Shown: piece after piece, positions 9,250 through 20,593 of the stretch
Layout: every line of letters begins with the position of its first letter
Numbering within the stretch: the first letter of the stretch is position 1
Origin: Escherichia coli
Lineage (GTDB): Bacteria > Pseudomonadota > Gammaproteobacteria > Enterobacterales > Enterobacteriaceae
Assembly (NCBI RefSeq): GCF_050920415.1
Contig: NZ_CP169309.1
Length of the DNA stretch: 64,000 bases
Strand: one strand, 5' to 3'
Position numbers and translations under genes: made by a program
Notes under the pieces: model-generated
The model's database searches: none
Told to the model about the DNA's origin: nothing
What the model saw: the letters and a program-made list of their open reading frames with translations, nothing else

Positions 9250-11926
9250 CGAACCCTTACGTCCCGACCCCGATCGTCTGCTGGAACAAACTGCCGCGCC
9301 GCATCGGGGGAAGCTGAAAGTTTTTTTCGGTGCCTGTGCAGGCGTCGGGAAGACCTGGGCGATGCTGGCAGAAGCCCAGCGACTGCGGGCGCAAGGGCTG
9401 GATATTGTGGTTGGCGTGGTTGAAACTCACGGACGGAAAGATACCGCCGCAATGCTGGAAGGGCTGGCTGTTCTGCCGCTAAAACGCCAGGCGTACCGTG
9501 GGCGGCATATCAGCGAGTTTGATCTCGATGCCGCCCTCGCCCGCCGTCCGGCGCTGATCTTAATGGACGAACTGGCGCACAGTAATGCGCCAGGTTCTCG
9601 TCATCCTAAACGCTGGCAGGACATCGAAGAGCTGCTGGAAGCGGGCATTGATGTTTTCACGACCGTCAACGTTCAGCATCTGGAAAGCCTGAATGATGTG
9701 GTCAGTGGCGTCACCGGAATTCAGGTGCGGGAAACCGTGCCCGATCCCTTTTTTGATGCTGCCGACGACGTAGTGCTGGTGGACTTGCCCCCGGACGATC
9801 TGCGTCAACGGCTGAAAGAAGGCAAAGTCTATATTGCCGGGCAGGCGGAGCGCGCCATTGAACATTTTTTCCGCAAAGGCAATCTGATCGCTCTGCGAGA
9901 ACTGGCACTGCGCCGTACTGCCGATCGCGTAGATGAACAAATGCGCGCCTGGCGGGGGCATCCTGGCGAAGAGAAAGTCTGGCACACGCGCGACGCGATT
10001 CTTTTATGTATTGGGCATAACACCGGCAGTGAGAAACTGGTCCGCGCGGCGGCGCGGCTGGCATCGCGCCTTGGGAGCGTCTGGCACGCGGTGTATGTTG
10101 AAACCCCTGCCCTGAATCGCTTACCGGAGAAAAAACGTCGGGCAATTCTCAGCGCCTTACGTCTGGCGCAGGAGCTGGGCGCGGAGACGGCAACACTTTC
10201 TGATCCGACGAAAGAGAAAGCCGTAGTGCGTTATGCCCGTGAACATAATCTCGGCAAGATTATTCTCGGTCGCCCGGCCTCGCGCCGCTGGTGGCATCGG
10301 GAAACGTTTGCTGACCGACTGGCGCGCATCGCCCCCGATCTCGATCAGGTGCTGGTCGCGCTTGATGAACCACCCGCCCGCCCGCTTAATAACGCGCCGG
10401 ATAGCCGCTCTTTTAAAGACAAGTGGCGGGTACAGATTCAGGGGTGCGTGGTTGCCGCCGCGTTATGTGCCGTTATCACCTTAATTGCCATGCAGTGGCT
10501 GATGGCGTTTGATGCCGCCAACCTGGTGATGCTGTATCTGCTTGGCGTGGTGGTGGTGGCGCTATTTTATGGACGCTGGCCTTCGGTGCTTGCTACCGTC
10601 ATTAATGTGGTGAGTTTCGATCTCTTTTTTATCGCCCCACGCGGCACGCTCGCCGTCTCTGATGTGCAATATCTGCTGACCTTCGCGGTGATGTTAACCG
10701 TCGGGCTGGTGATCGGGAACCTTACTGCTGGCGTGCGTTATCAGGCGCGGGTAGCCCGTTACCGCGAACAACGCACACGGCACTTATATGAAATGTCGAA
10801 AGCTCTGGCTGTGGGCCGCAGTCCGCAGGACATCGCCGCCACCAGCGAACAATTTATTGCTTCCACGTTTCATGCCCGCAGCCAGGTGTTGTTGCCCGAT
10901 GACAACGGTAAATTGCAGCCGTTGACACATCCGCAAGGAATGACGCCGTGGGAAGATGCCATCGCGCAGTGGAGTTTTGATAAAGGCCTGCCTGCGGGCG
11001 CGGGCACCGATACGTTACCCGGTGTGCCATACCAGATTTTGCCGTTAAAAAGCGGCGAGAAAACCTACGGACTGGTGATGGTGGAACCGGGGAATCTGCG
11101 CCAGTTGATGATCCCGGAACAGCAACGCCTGCTGGAGACGTTCACGCTGTTAGTTGCCAATGCCCTGGAACGCCTGGCGCTGACCGCCAGCGAAGAACAG
11201 GCGCGGATGGCAAGCGAACGAGAACAGATCCGCAACGCCCTGCTGGCGGCGCTTTCGCATGATTTACGCACGCCGCTTACGGTGCTGTTCGGTCAGGCAG
11301 AAATCTTAACGCTCGATCTGGCAAGCGAAGGATCGCCTCACGCCCGCCAGGCCAGCGAGATTCGTCAGCATGTGCTGAACACGACCCGACTGGTGAATAA
11401 TCTACTGGATATGGCGCGAATTCAGTCCGGCGGCTTTAATTTGAAGAAAGAGTGGTTAACGCTGGAAGAAGTGGTCGGTAGCGCGCTACAAATGCTGGAA
11501 CCGGGATTATCATCGCCCATCAACCTGTCTTTGCCAGAACCGCTGACCTTAATCCACGTTGATGGGCCACTCTTTGAACGGGTGCTGATTAATCTGCTGG
11601 AGAACGCGGTGAAATACGCGGGTGCGCAGGCCGAAATTGGTATCGATGCCCACGTTGAGGGCGAAAATCTACAACTGGATGTCTGGGATAACGGCCCCGG
11701 TCTTCCACAAGGCCTGGAGCAGACGATATTCGATAAGTTTGCTCGTGGAAATAAAGAGTCGGCAGTGCCGGGCGTCGGGCTTGGGCTGGCAATTTGTCGG
11801 GCGATTGTGGATGTACACAGCGGCACCATTACCGCGTTCAACCGACCGCAAGGTGGTGCCTGTTTTCGTGTTACACTTCCCCAGCAAACAGCCCCTGAAC
11901 TTGAAGAATTTCATGAGGATATGTGA
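9242..11926 (+). CDS. kdpD: KdpD sensor histidine kinase
   Basis: [16 protein letters not shown]...; start overlaps the kdpC stop (gATGAATAAcg); HisKA motif LSHDLRTPL and four transmembrane segments visible. Confidence 0.95.
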   Translation: MNNEPLRPDPDRLLEQTAAPHRGKLKVFFGACAGVGKTWAMLAEAQRLRAQGLDIVVGVVETHGRKDTAAMLEGLAVLPLKRQAYRGRHISEFDLDAALARRPALILMDELAHSNAPGSRHPKRWQDIEELLEAGIDVFTTVNVQHLESLNDVVSGVTGIQVRETVPDPFFDAADDVVLVDLPPDDLRQRLKEGKVYIAGQAERAIEHFFRKGNLIALRELALRRTADRVDEQMRAWRGHPGEEKVWHTRDAILLCIGHNTGSEKLVRAAARLASRLGSVWHAVYVETPALNRLPEKKRRAILSALRLAQELGAETATLSDPTKEKAVVRYAREHNLGKIILGRPASRRWWHRETFADRLARIAPDLDQVLVALDEPPARPLNNAPDSRSFKDKWRVQIQGCVVAAALCAVITLIAMQWLMAFDAANLVMLYLLGVVVVALFYGRWPSVLATVINVVSFDLFFIAPRGTLAVSDVQYLLTFAVMLTVGLVIGNLTAGVRYQARVARYREQRTRHLYEMSKALAVGRSPQDIAATSEQFIASTFHARSQVLLPDDNGKLQPLTHPQGMTPWEDAIAQWSFDKGLPAGAGTDTLPGVPYQILPLKSGEKTYGLVMVEPGNLRQLMIPEQQRLLETFTLLVANALERLALTASEEQARMASEREQIRNALLAALSHDLRTPLTVLFGQAEILTLDLASEGSPHARQASEIRQHVLNTTRLVNNLLDMARIQSGGFNLKKEWLTLEEVVGSALQMLEPGLSSPINLSLPEPLTLIHVDGPLFERVLINLLENAVKYAGAQAEIGIDAHVEGENLQLDVWDNGPGLPQGLEQTIFDKFARGNKESAVPGVGLGLAICRAIVDVHSGTITAFNRPQGGACFRVTLPQQTAPELEEFHEDM

Positions 11927-12600
11927 CAAACGTTCTGATTGTTGAAGATGAACAGGCTATTCGTCGCTTTCTGCGCACAGCGCTGGAGGGCGATGGGATG
12001 CGCGTTTTTGAAGCCGAAACGCTGCAACGGGGGCTGCTGGAAGCGGCGACTCGTAAGCCAGATTTGATTATTCTCGATCTCGGCCTGCCAGACGGTGATG
12101 GGATTGAGTTTATCCGCGACCTGCGCCAGTGGAGCTCGGTGCCAGTAATTGTGCTTTCCGCCCGCAGCGAAGAGAGCGACAAAATCGCCGCGCTGGATGC
12201 CGGAGCGGATGATTACCTGAGTAAGCCATTTGGTATTGGCGAATTACAGGCCCGTCTGCGCGTTGCTTTACGTCGCCACTCCGCCACCACCGCGCCCGAG
12301 CCGCTGGTGAAATTTTCTGATGTTACCGTCGATTTAGCCGCCCGCGTGATTCACCGCGGTGAGGAAGAGGTGCATCTCACCCCGATTGAATTCCGCCTGC
12401 TGGCGGTGCTGCTCAACAATGCCGGAAAAGTGCTCACCCAGCGCCAGCTTCTCAACCAGGTGTGGGGACCAAACGCGGTCGAACACAGCCACTATTTGCG
12501 TATTTATATGGGACATCTGCGACAAAAACTGGAGCAAGATCCCGCCCGCCCTCGCCATTTTATTACTGAAACCGGTATTGGGTATCGGTTTATGCCATGA
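11923..12600 (+). CDS. kdpE: KdpE response regulator (OmpR family)
   Basis: GTG start overlapping the kdpD stop; [17 protein letters not shown]...; 225 aa. Confidence 0.95.
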   Translation: MTNVLIVEDEQAIRRFLRTALEGDGMRVFEAETLQRGLLEAATRKPDLIILDLGLPDGDGIEFIRDLRQWSSVPVIVLSARSEESDKIAALDAGADDYLSKPFGIGELQARLRVALRRHSATTAPEPLVKFSDVTVDLAARVIHRGEEEVHLTPIEFRLLAVLLNNAGKVLTQRQLLNQVWGPNAVEHSHYLRIYMGHLRQKLEQDPARPRHFITETGIGYRFMP

Positions 12601-12645
12601 ATTATTATTCAATAAATACGCTTAACTAATTATTAATTCATTATT

Positions 12646-12679
12646 AAACCTGCCCCGAAAATTATTATTTGGCAGGTTT
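12646..12679 (+). terminator. Putative kdp operon terminator
   Basis: aaacctgcc / ggcaggttt 9-bp stem with a long AT-rich loop; weak T tract. Confidence 0.45.
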
Positions 12680-12874
12680 AATTTCTTAATGAAAATATAA
12701 CCTACGAAATTACAACATTTAAACAACAAAACAGCATCTAATATGGCGCCACTCTTAATTAACGATTTATTATTTTGGGCGTGATCGTTTTTTGTTGATC
12801 TTCTTCACAGTTTATAGCCTTTTCATGGATAGAATAACTCTACCTTCAACTGACACAGCAAAAGGTAAAGGTAA

Positions 12875-12979
12875 ATGGAAAATAATAACCGCTTAATGCC
12901 TCATATAAGGCGGACAACCCATATCATGAAGTTTGCCCATCGTAATAGTTTTGACTTTCATTTCTTTAATGCCCGTTAG
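12875..12979 (+). CDS. speFL: SpeFL, 34-codon ornithine-sensing arrest/leader peptide of the speF operon
   Basis: ATG...TAG ORF translating MENNNRLMPHIRRTTHIMKFAHRNSFDFHFFNAR, about 300 nt upstream of speF; not in the ORF track (below 60 aa). Differs at two or three N-terminal positions from my memory of the K-12 peptide. Confidence 0.7.
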   Translation: MENNNRLMPHIRRTTHIMKFAHRNSFDFHFFNAR

Positions 12980-13289
12980 TCTTCTGACTAAAGGGCACCC
13001 CAGCGTACAGGTCTCCCTGACTTTAAGCATTACAGGTTAATACCTGTATCCCTCGGTGCTCATATACTGCTAACCCTTTTAAACTCTAAATAATTCAAGT
13101 CGCAGCACTAGCAACTTGAAGTATGACGAGTATAGCCAGTTACCGGGCTGGTCTGGGTTATTGCATCTGCAAAAAGCAAACTACTGATTTATTTATCAGC
13201 GGTGGAGTTTTGCTTTTTTTCCGGCGTGATCGATTTCTCCTTTGAGAAATTGAGGACCTGCTATTACCTGAAATAAAGAGATGAACAAA

Positions 13290-15488
13290 ATGTCAGAATT
13301 AAAAATTGCCGTTAGTCGTTCTTGCCCGGATTGTTTTTCCACTCATCGTGCATGCGTGAATATTGACGAAAGTAATTATATTGACGTTGCCGCCATTATT
13401 TTGTCGGTCAATGATGTTGAACGTGGAAAACTCGATGAAATAGACGCTACTGGCTATGGCATTCCTATTTTTATTGCAACGGAAAATGAAGAACGTGTAC
13501 CAGCAGAATATCTGCCACGTATTACTGGTGTCTTCGAGCATTGCGAATCACGGAAAGAATTTTACGGACGTCAGTTAGAAACCGCCGCCAGCCATTATGA
13601 AACGCAGCTGCGCCCGCCCTTCTTCCGCGCACTGGTCGATTATGTCAATCAGGGCAATAGCGCTTTTGACTGCCCGGGTCATCAGGGGGGTGAGTTTTTC
13701 CGTCGCCATCCGGCAGGCAATCAGTTCGTGGAATATTTTGGCGAAATGCTCTTCCGCTCCGACTTGTGTAATGCCGACGTAGCAATGGGCGATCTACTGA
13801 TTCATGAAGGTGCGCCATGCATTGCACAGCAACATGCAGCTAAAGTGTTTAATGCCGATAAAACGTACTTTGTTTTAAACGGCACCTCCTCTTCCAACAA
13901 AGTGGTTTTAAACGCCCTGCTAACACCGGGTGATCTGGTGCTGTTTGACCGCAATAACCATAAGTCTAACCACCACGGGGCCTTGCTACAGGCTGGTGCA
14001 ACACCGGTTTATCTGGAAACAGCACGTAACCCGTATGGTTTTATCGGTGGTATTGATGCGCACTGCTTCGAAGAAAGTTATCTGCGTGAACTGATTAAAG
14101 AAGTTGCACCGCAACGGGCAAAAGAGGCGCGTCCGTTCCGCCTCGCTGTGATTCAGTTAGGCACCTACGACGGTACTATTTATAACGCCCGCCAGGTGGT
14201 GGATAAAATCGGTCATCTGTGTGACTACATCCTGTTTGACTCAGCATGGGTCGGCTATGAACAGTTTATTCCGATGATGGCGGACTGTTCGCCGCTGCTA
14301 CTGGAGCTTAATGAGAACGATCCGGGTATTCTGGTTACGCAATCTGTACATAAGCAGCAGGCTGGTTTTTCCCAGACTTCACAAATTCATAAAAAAGACA
14401 GCCATATCAAAGGGCAACAGCGTTATGTCCCGCACAAACGCATGAACAACGCCTTTATGATGCACGCCTCCACCAGCCCGTTCTATCCGCTGTTTGCCGC
14501 ACTGGATATTAACGCCAAAATGCATGAAGGTGTCAGCGGTCGTAATATGTGGATGGATTGTGTGGTTAACGGTATTAATGCCCGCAAATTGATCCTCGAT
14601 AACTGTCAGCACATTCGTCCGTTCGTTCCTGAACTGGTGGATGGTAAACCCTGGCAATCGTATGAAACAGCGCAAATTGCGGTTGATCTGCGCTTCTTTA
14701 AATTTGTACCCGGTGAGCACTGGCATTCTTTTGAAGGTTACGCAGAGAATCAATACTTTGTCGATCCGTGCAAACTGTTGCTGACAACTCCTGGCATTGA
14801 TGCACGTAACGGCGAATATGAAGCATTCGGTGTACCCGCGACGATTCTTGCTAACTTCCTGCGCGAAAATGGCGTAGTGCCGGAAAAATGCGATCTTAAC
14901 TCCATCCTCTTCCTGCTGACTCCGGCAGAAGATATGGCCAAACTGCAGCAACTTGTTGCCCTGCTGGTACGCTTCGAAAAACTACTGGAAGCTGATGCGC
15001 CTCTGGCGGAAGTATTGCCTTCCATCTACAAACAGCATGAAGAGCGCTACGCCGGTTATACCCTGCGTCAGTTGTGCCAGGAAATGCATGATTTGTATGC
15101 CCGTCACAACGTGAAACAACTGCAAAAAGAGATGTTCCGTAAGGAACACTTCCCACGCGTCAGCATGAATCCACAGGAAGCCAACTATGCCTACTTACGC
15201 GGTGAAGTGGAACTGGTTCGTCTGCCGGATGCAGAAGGCCGTATCGCAGCCGAAGGTGCGCTTCCTTATCCTCCGGGTGTGCTGTGTGTTGTTCCGGGTG
15301 AAATCTGGGGTGGTGCTGTTCTGCGTTACTTCAGCGCTCTGGAAGAAGGGATCAACCTGCTGCCAGGTTTTGCACCGGAGCTGCAGGGTGTCTATATCGA
15401 AGAACATGATGGTCGTAAGCAAGTTTGGTGCTATGTCATCAAGCCTCGTGATGCGCAAAGCACCCTGTTGAAAGGGGAAAAATTATGA
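13290..15488 (+). CDS. speF: Inducible ornithine decarboxylase
   Basis: MSELKIAVS...; second in-frame ATG chosen (9-nt spacing from AAAGAG); PLP-dependent decarboxylase signature. Confidence 0.95.
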   Translation: MSELKIAVSRSCPDCFSTHRACVNIDESNYIDVAAIILSVNDVERGKLDEIDATGYGIPIFIATENEERVPAEYLPRITGVFEHCESRKEFYGRQLETAASHYETQLRPPFFRALVDYVNQGNSAFDCPGHQGGEFFRRHPAGNQFVEYFGEMLFRSDLCNADVAMGDLLIHEGAPCIAQQHAAKVFNADKTYFVLNGTSSSNKVVLNALLTPGDLVLFDRNNHKSNHHGALLQAGATPVYLETARNPYGFIGGIDAHCFEESYLRELIKEVAPQRAKEARPFRLAVIQLGTYDGTIYNARQVVDKIGHLCDYILFDSAWVGYEQFIPMMADCSPLLLELNENDPGILVTQSVHKQQAGFSQTSQIHKKDSHIKGQQRYVPHKRMNNAFMMHASTSPFYPLFAALDINAKMHEGVSGRNMWMDCVVNGINARKLILDNCQHIRPFVPELVDGKPWQSYETAQIAVDLRFFKFVPGEHWHSFEGYAENQYFVDPCKLLLTTPGIDARNGEYEAFGVPATILANFLRENGVVPEKCDLNSILFLLTPAEDMAKLQQLVALLVRFEKLLEADAPLAEVLPSIYKQHEERYAGYTLRQLCQEMHDLYARHNVKQLQKEMFRKEHFPRVSMNPQEANYAYLRGEVELVRLPDAEGRIAAEGALPYPPGVLCVVPGEIWGGAVLRYFSALEEGINLLPGFAPELQGVYIEEHDGRKQVWCYVIKPRDAQSTLLKGEKL

Positions 15489-16804
15489 GTCAGGCTAAAT
15501 CGAACAAAATGGGCGTCGTTCAGTTAACCATACTGACGATGGTCAACATGATGGGCTCCGGCATCATCATGCTGCCGACAAAGCTTGCCGAAGTTGGGAC
15601 AATCTCAATAATCTCCTGGTTGGTGACAGCCGTAGGCTCAATGGCGCTGGCATGGGCATTCGCAAAATGCGGTATGTTCAGCCGTAAATCAGGCGGTATG
15701 GGCGGTTATGCCGAGTATGCTTTCGGTAAATCCGGTAACTTTATGGCGAACTATACCTACGGCGTCTCGCTGCTGATTGCTAACGTGGCGATTGCTATTT
15801 CGGCAGTTGGTTACGGCACCGAACTGCTCGGCGCGAGTTTGTCACCAGTGCAGATTGGTCTGGCAACCATCGGAGTGCTGTGGATTTGTACCGTGGCTAA
15901 CTTTGGTGGTGCGCGCATTACCGGGCAAATCAGTAGCATTACCGTGTGGGGGGTCATTATTCCGGTGGTAGGCCTGTGCGTTATCGGCTGGTTCTGGTTT
16001 AGCCCGACACTTTACGTTGATTCCTGGAATCCGCATCATGCACCGTTCTTCAGTGCGGTAGGTTCTTCCATCGCCATGACGCTGTGGGCTTTTCTTGGTC
16101 TGGAGTCTGCGTGTGCGAATACTGATGTAGTGGAAAACCCGGAACGTAATGTGCCAATCGCGGTACTCGGCGGTACGTTAGGTGCGGCGGTGATTTATAT
16201 CGTCTCCACCAACGTGATTGCCGGGATTGTGCCCAATATGGAGCTGGCAAATTCAACGGCACCATTTGGTCTGGCCTTCGCGCAAATGTTCACACCGGAA
16301 GTGGGTAAAGTCATTATGGCGCTGATGGTGATGTCCTGCTGCGGTTCGCTACTTGGCTGGCAGTTCACCATTGCCCAGGTGTTTAAATCTTCATCTGATG
16401 AAGGCTACTTCCCTAAAATTTTCTCCCGTGTAACCAAAGTGGATGCACCGGTTCAGGGGATGTTGACCATTGTGATTATTCAGAGTGGATTGGCACTGAT
16501 GACCATTAGCCCGTCACTGAACAGCCAGTTCAACGTGCTGGTTAACCTGGCCGTGGTGACCAATATCATCCCATATATTCTGTCGATGGCGGCATTAGTC
16601 ATTATTCAGAAGGTCGCCAATGTGCCACCATCAAAAGCGAAAGTAGCAAACTTTGTTGCCTTTGTTGGTGCGATGTACAGTTTCTATGCGCTGTACTCAT
16701 CCGGGGAAGAAGCCATGCTGTACGGTTCCATCGTGACCTTCCTTGGTTGGACACTGTATGGTCTGGTATCACCACGCTTTGAACTGAAAAACAAACACGG
16801 TTAA
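15485..16804 (+). CDS. potE: Putrescine:ornithine antiporter
   Basis: 439 aa; MSQAKSNKMGVVQLTILTMVNMMGSGIIMLP; start overlaps the speF stop. Confidence 0.95.
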   Translation: MSQAKSNKMGVVQLTILTMVNMMGSGIIMLPTKLAEVGTISIISWLVTAVGSMALAWAFAKCGMFSRKSGGMGGYAEYAFGKSGNFMANYTYGVSLLIANVAIAISAVGYGTELLGASLSPVQIGLATIGVLWICTVANFGGARITGQISSITVWGVIIPVVGLCVIGWFWFSPTLYVDSWNPHHAPFFSAVGSSIAMTLWAFLGLESACANTDVVENPERNVPIAVLGGTLGAAVIYIVSTNVIAGIVPNMELANSTAPFGLAFAQMFTPEVGKVIMALMVMSCCGSLLGWQFTIAQVFKSSSDEGYFPKIFSRVTKVDAPVQGMLTIVIIQSGLALMTISPSLNSQFNVLVNLAVVTNIIPYILSMAALVIIQKVANVPPSKAKVANFVAFVGAMYSFYALYSSGEEAMLYGSIVTFLGWTLYGLVSPRFELKNKHG

Positions 16805-16821
16805 AAAAGCGAAATAAAAAA

Positions 16822-16848
16822 GGGCGATCTTCCGACCGCCCTTTTTCT
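16822..16848. terminator. Bidirectional terminator between convergent potE and pgm
   Basis: A-run, gggcgatc/gaccgccc stem, T-run. Confidence 0.6.
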
Positions 16849-16860
16849 TATTTAATGTGT

Positions 16861-18501
16861 TTACGCGTTTTTCAGAACTTCGCTAACAATCTCAACCGCT
16901 TCTTTCTCGATCTGCTTGCGATGTTCTTCACCGAGGAAGCTTTCGCAGTAGATTTTGTATGCGTCTTCCGTGCCTGACGGACGCGCGGCGAACCAGCCGT
17001 TGTCAGTCATCACTTTCAGACCGCCAATAGAAGCACCGTTGCCCGGAGCAGCAGTCAGGCGCGCGGTGATCGGGTCGCCTGCCAGGGTGCTGGCGCTCAC
17101 CATTTCCGGAGACAGCTTAGACAGCGCCGCTTTTTGTGCGGAAGTCGCAGCTGCCTGCAAACGGTTGTAGCTCGGCGCACCAAAGCGTTTTGCCAGTTCG
17201 TTGTAGTGTTCCTGCGGGTTCTTACCGGTAACAGCAGTGATTTCCGCCGCCAGCAGACACATAATGATACCGTCTTTATCGGTGGACCACGGCGTGCCGT
17301 CGAAACGCAGGAAGGAAGCCCCTGCGCTCTCTTCGCCGCCAAAGCCGAAACTGCCGTCGAACAGACCATCAACAAACCATTTGAAGCCTACCGGGACTTC
17401 TACCAGCTTACGGCCCAAATCATTGACCACACGGTCGATCATCGCAGATGAAACCAGCGTTTTACCGACAGCAACATCTTTGCCCCACTGCGGACGATGC
17501 TGGAACAGGTAGTTGATCGCCACCGCCAGGTAGTGGTTCGGATTCATCAAACCTGCCGGAGTGACGATACCGTGACGGTCATAATCCGGGTCGTTAGCAA
17601 ACGCCAGATCGAACTTATCACGCAGTGCCAGCAGACCCGCCATCGCACACTCGGAGGAGCAGTCCATACGGATCGCGCCGTCTTTATCGAGGTGCATAAA
17701 GCGGAAGGTTTGATCGACCTGATCGTTAACGATGGTCAGGTTAAGGTTGTAATACTCGCCAATACGCTTCCAGTATTCGATACCGGAACCGCCCAGCGGA
17801 TCAACGCCCAGCGTCAGGCCCGCTTTCTGAATCGCCGCCATATCAACGATATCGGCCAGACCTTCCACAAACGGCTGCACCAGATCCTGCTCTTTCACAT
17901 GACCGGATGCCATCGCTTCGTCAAGGGAGATACGCTTCACGCCTTTCAGGCCATCGGCCAGCAGTGCGTTGGCCCTGTCTTCCACCACTTTGGTGACGTT
18001 AGTATCAGCCGGGCCACCATTTGGCGGATTGTACTTGATACCACCATCTTCCGGCGGGTTATGGGACGGTGTAATCACGATACCGTCTGCCAGCGGGCCA
18101 CCTTTTTTATTGTGAACCAGGATGGCATTGGAAACGGCAGGCGTCGGAGTGAAGCCATTGTTTTCCTGCACAATAACATCTACGCCGTTCGCTGCCAGCA
18201 CTTCCAGTACGGAAATGAACGCAGGCTCGGACAGGGCGTGAGTATCTTTACCCACATAGCAAGGGCCAGTGATGCCGTTTTTCGCACGTTCTTCAGCAAT
18301 TGCCTGAGCGATCGCCAGAATGTGCGGCTCGTTAAAGCTGTGGCGCGCTGCACTGCCACGGTGACCGGAAGTACCGAATTTCACCGCGTGCTCCGCATTC
18401 CCTGCTTCTGGTTTCAGTACATAATATTGCGCCGTCAGTTGGGCGACGTTAATCAAATCACTCTGTTGTGCAGGTTGGCCTGCACGATTGTGGATTGCCA
18501 T
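16861..18501 (-). CDS. pgm: Phosphoglucomutase
   Basis: [22 protein letters not shown]...; active-site TSGHRGS (phosphoserine loop); start at the internal ATG with AAGGA Shine-Dalgarno (ORF-track extension rejected). Confidence 0.95.
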
Positions 18502-18526
18502 TGCTTTGTCCTTTGTCTGCAACGTT

Positions 18527-19072
18527 TTAGATAGTTCCGCAAACCTTCTCAATCAATTCCGCCGGGAATTGCATCGACTGCATGATGTGTTCGATCATGC
18601 TGCATTTACGGCCGGTGTTGGTGTTGGTGATCACCCAATACGGCGTGCCTGGCACATGTTTCGGCTTGGTCTGATTACCATTTTTCAGCAGCGTTTGTTC
18701 ATCTGCCGCAAAGTAAACGCGTGTACGACCGTGCAACGATTCCGTGGCCTCGGCAAACGCCTGGGCGTCAAGAGAATATAGTGTAGACAACAGCAGCATG
18801 AAGCGATTGACCGCTCGCTTTTGCTCTGCGTATTCGTCTGAAAGCAAAAGTTCACGCATTGCGCGAACCTTGTCTTTAATCGTTTTGACCGGCTTCGCTT
18901 CGACGATAGCAGGTGACGCAACGCGAACCTCTTTCGTCACCGGAGCAGCAGGCTGTGATGCGGCGGAAAATTTCAACATACGCCGTAAAATGTCGGATGC
19001 GCTCTCGCCGATATGCTTAGTGTGGCTGGCAATATAGCTGTAGAGTTCATCATCAACTTCAATCGTTTTCAT
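18527..19072 (-). CDS. seqA: SeqA, negative modulator of replication initiation
   Basis: [33 protein letters not shown]...; 181 aa from the internal ATG. Confidence 0.95.
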
Positions 19073-19256
19073 CTTAATCCAGTGCAGTGTCTTAGCTGAA
19101 TACAAGTCGCCAGGAGTATATGAATAAATCCCGGCAGCGGATAGCGTCAAGCCTGGCTTGCAGAAAAACTCGGATTAAACCTTATTTGTTGCAGCCCTGT
19201 GGCACAATGGTCAACATAATACCCTAACCCGACAACGCGAAAAAAAGAACTTTGCC

Positions 19257-20021
19257 ATGAAATTGAATATCCGCGCGCAAACTGCACAAAACCAGCACAA
19301 TAATTCTCCCATCGTTCTTGTCCATGGTCTGTTTGGCAGCCTCGACAACCTTGGCGTACTGGCTCGCGATCTGGTAAACGATCACAATATCATCCAGGTT
19401 GATATGCGTAACCACGGTCTTTCCCCGAGAGATCCGGTGATGAGTTACCCGGCGATGGCCCAGGATCTTGTTGACACTCTGGATGCACAGCAGATCGATA
19501 AGGCAACATTTATTGGACACTCAATGGGCGGTAAAGCGGTGATGGCACTGACTGCACTGGCCCCCGATCGCATCGATAAACTGGTGGCGATTGATATCGC
19601 GCCGGTCGACTATCACGTACGCCGTCATGATGAAATTTTCGCGGCTATCAACGCAGTCAGTGAATCCGACGCGCAAACTCGCCAGCAAGCAGCGGCAGTA
19701 ATGCGCCAGCATCTTAATGAAGAAGGGGTGATTCAGTTTCTGTTGAAATCTTTTGTTGACGGGGAGTGGCGCTTTAACGTGCCGGTATTGTGGGATCAGT
19801 ATCCGCATATTGTGGGTTGGGAGAAAATCCCGGCATGGGATCACCCTGCCCTGTTTATCCCAGGCGGCAATTCTCCGTATGTTAGCGAGCAGTATCGTGA
19901 TGATTTACTGACACAATTTCCACAGGCACGAGCGCATGTGATTGCTGGCGCGGGTCACTGGGTCCATGCTGAAAAACCGGATGCGGTATTACGCGCTATC
20001 CGTCGCTATCTCAATGATTAA
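19257..20021 (+). CDS. ybfF: YbfF esterase (alpha/beta hydrolase)
   Basis: 254 aa; GHSMGG nucleophile elbow. Confidence 0.9.
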   Translation: MKLNIRAQTAQNQHNNSPIVLVHGLFGSLDNLGVLARDLVNDHNIIQVDMRNHGLSPRDPVMSYPAMAQDLVDTLDAQQIDKATFIGHSMGGKAVMALTALAPDRIDKLVAIDIAPVDYHVRRHDEIFAAINAVSESDAQTRQQAAAVMRQHLNEEGVIQFLLKSFVDGEWRFNVPVLWDQYPHIVGWEKIPAWDHPALFIPGGNSPYVSEQYRDDLLTQFPQARAHVIAGAGHWVHAEKPDAVLRAIRRYLND

Positions 20022-20026
20022 CGTAA

Positions 20027-20042
20027 CTGATTAAAAACCCAG
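20027..20042 (+). promoter_or_regulatory. Putative LexA box upstream of ybfE
   Basis: CTGATTAAAAACCCAG fits CTG-N10-CAG; ybfE is remembered as a LexA-regulon member. Confidence 0.45.
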
Positions 20043-20160
20043 CGTCCGCGTCGCTTTCCGCGCGTGGGCGTTGGCGTGACTCATCGCGCTGATGTATTAT
20101 GGCGCGCTATCCATCCGGGCAGGCGCCTGGCTGATTGTTTCCCCCGAAGTCACCAAGATC

Positions 20161-20454
20161 ATGGCCAAAGAACAAACGGACCGTACGACATTAGATCTGT
20201 TCGCGCACGAGCGTCGACCGGGACGACCGAAAACTAATCCGCTTTCGCGCGATGAACAGCTGCGTATTAATAAACGCAACCAGCTAAAACGCGACAAAGT
20301 ACGTGGCCTTAAGCGTGTCGAACTGAAGCTAAACGCGGAAGCTGTCGAGGCGCTGAACGAGCTGGCGGAATCGCGCAATATGAGCCGTAGCGAACTGATC
20401 GAAGAGATGTTAATGCAGCAACTGGCGGCGCTGCGTAGTCAGGGCATCGTTTAA
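20161..20454 (+). CDS. ybfE: YbfE (LexA-regulated small protein; CopG/RHH-like C-terminus)
   Basis: [33 protein letters not shown]...; internal ATG chosen. Confidence 0.8.
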   Translation: MAKEQTDRTTLDLFAHERRPGRPKTNPLSRDEQLRINKRNQLKRDKVRGLKRVELKLNAEAVEALNELAESRNMSRSELIEEMLMQQLAALRSQGIV

Positions 20455-20593
20455 ATTTCCACTTTCATGTAGCACAGTGTGCAGTCCTGCTCGTTTGCTG
20501 ATTCCGCAAGACTGCCTGTTCTGCTATGATTGCCTTTATCCGTGGGCAATTTTCCACCCCCATTTCAATAAGTTTCAAGAGGTTATTTCACTC

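Noticed and set aside
17497-18534. 345-aa plus-strand ORF antisense to pgm
   Set aside because: Shadow ORF in a GC-rich gene; the sense-strand protein has unambiguous phosphoglucomutase identity.
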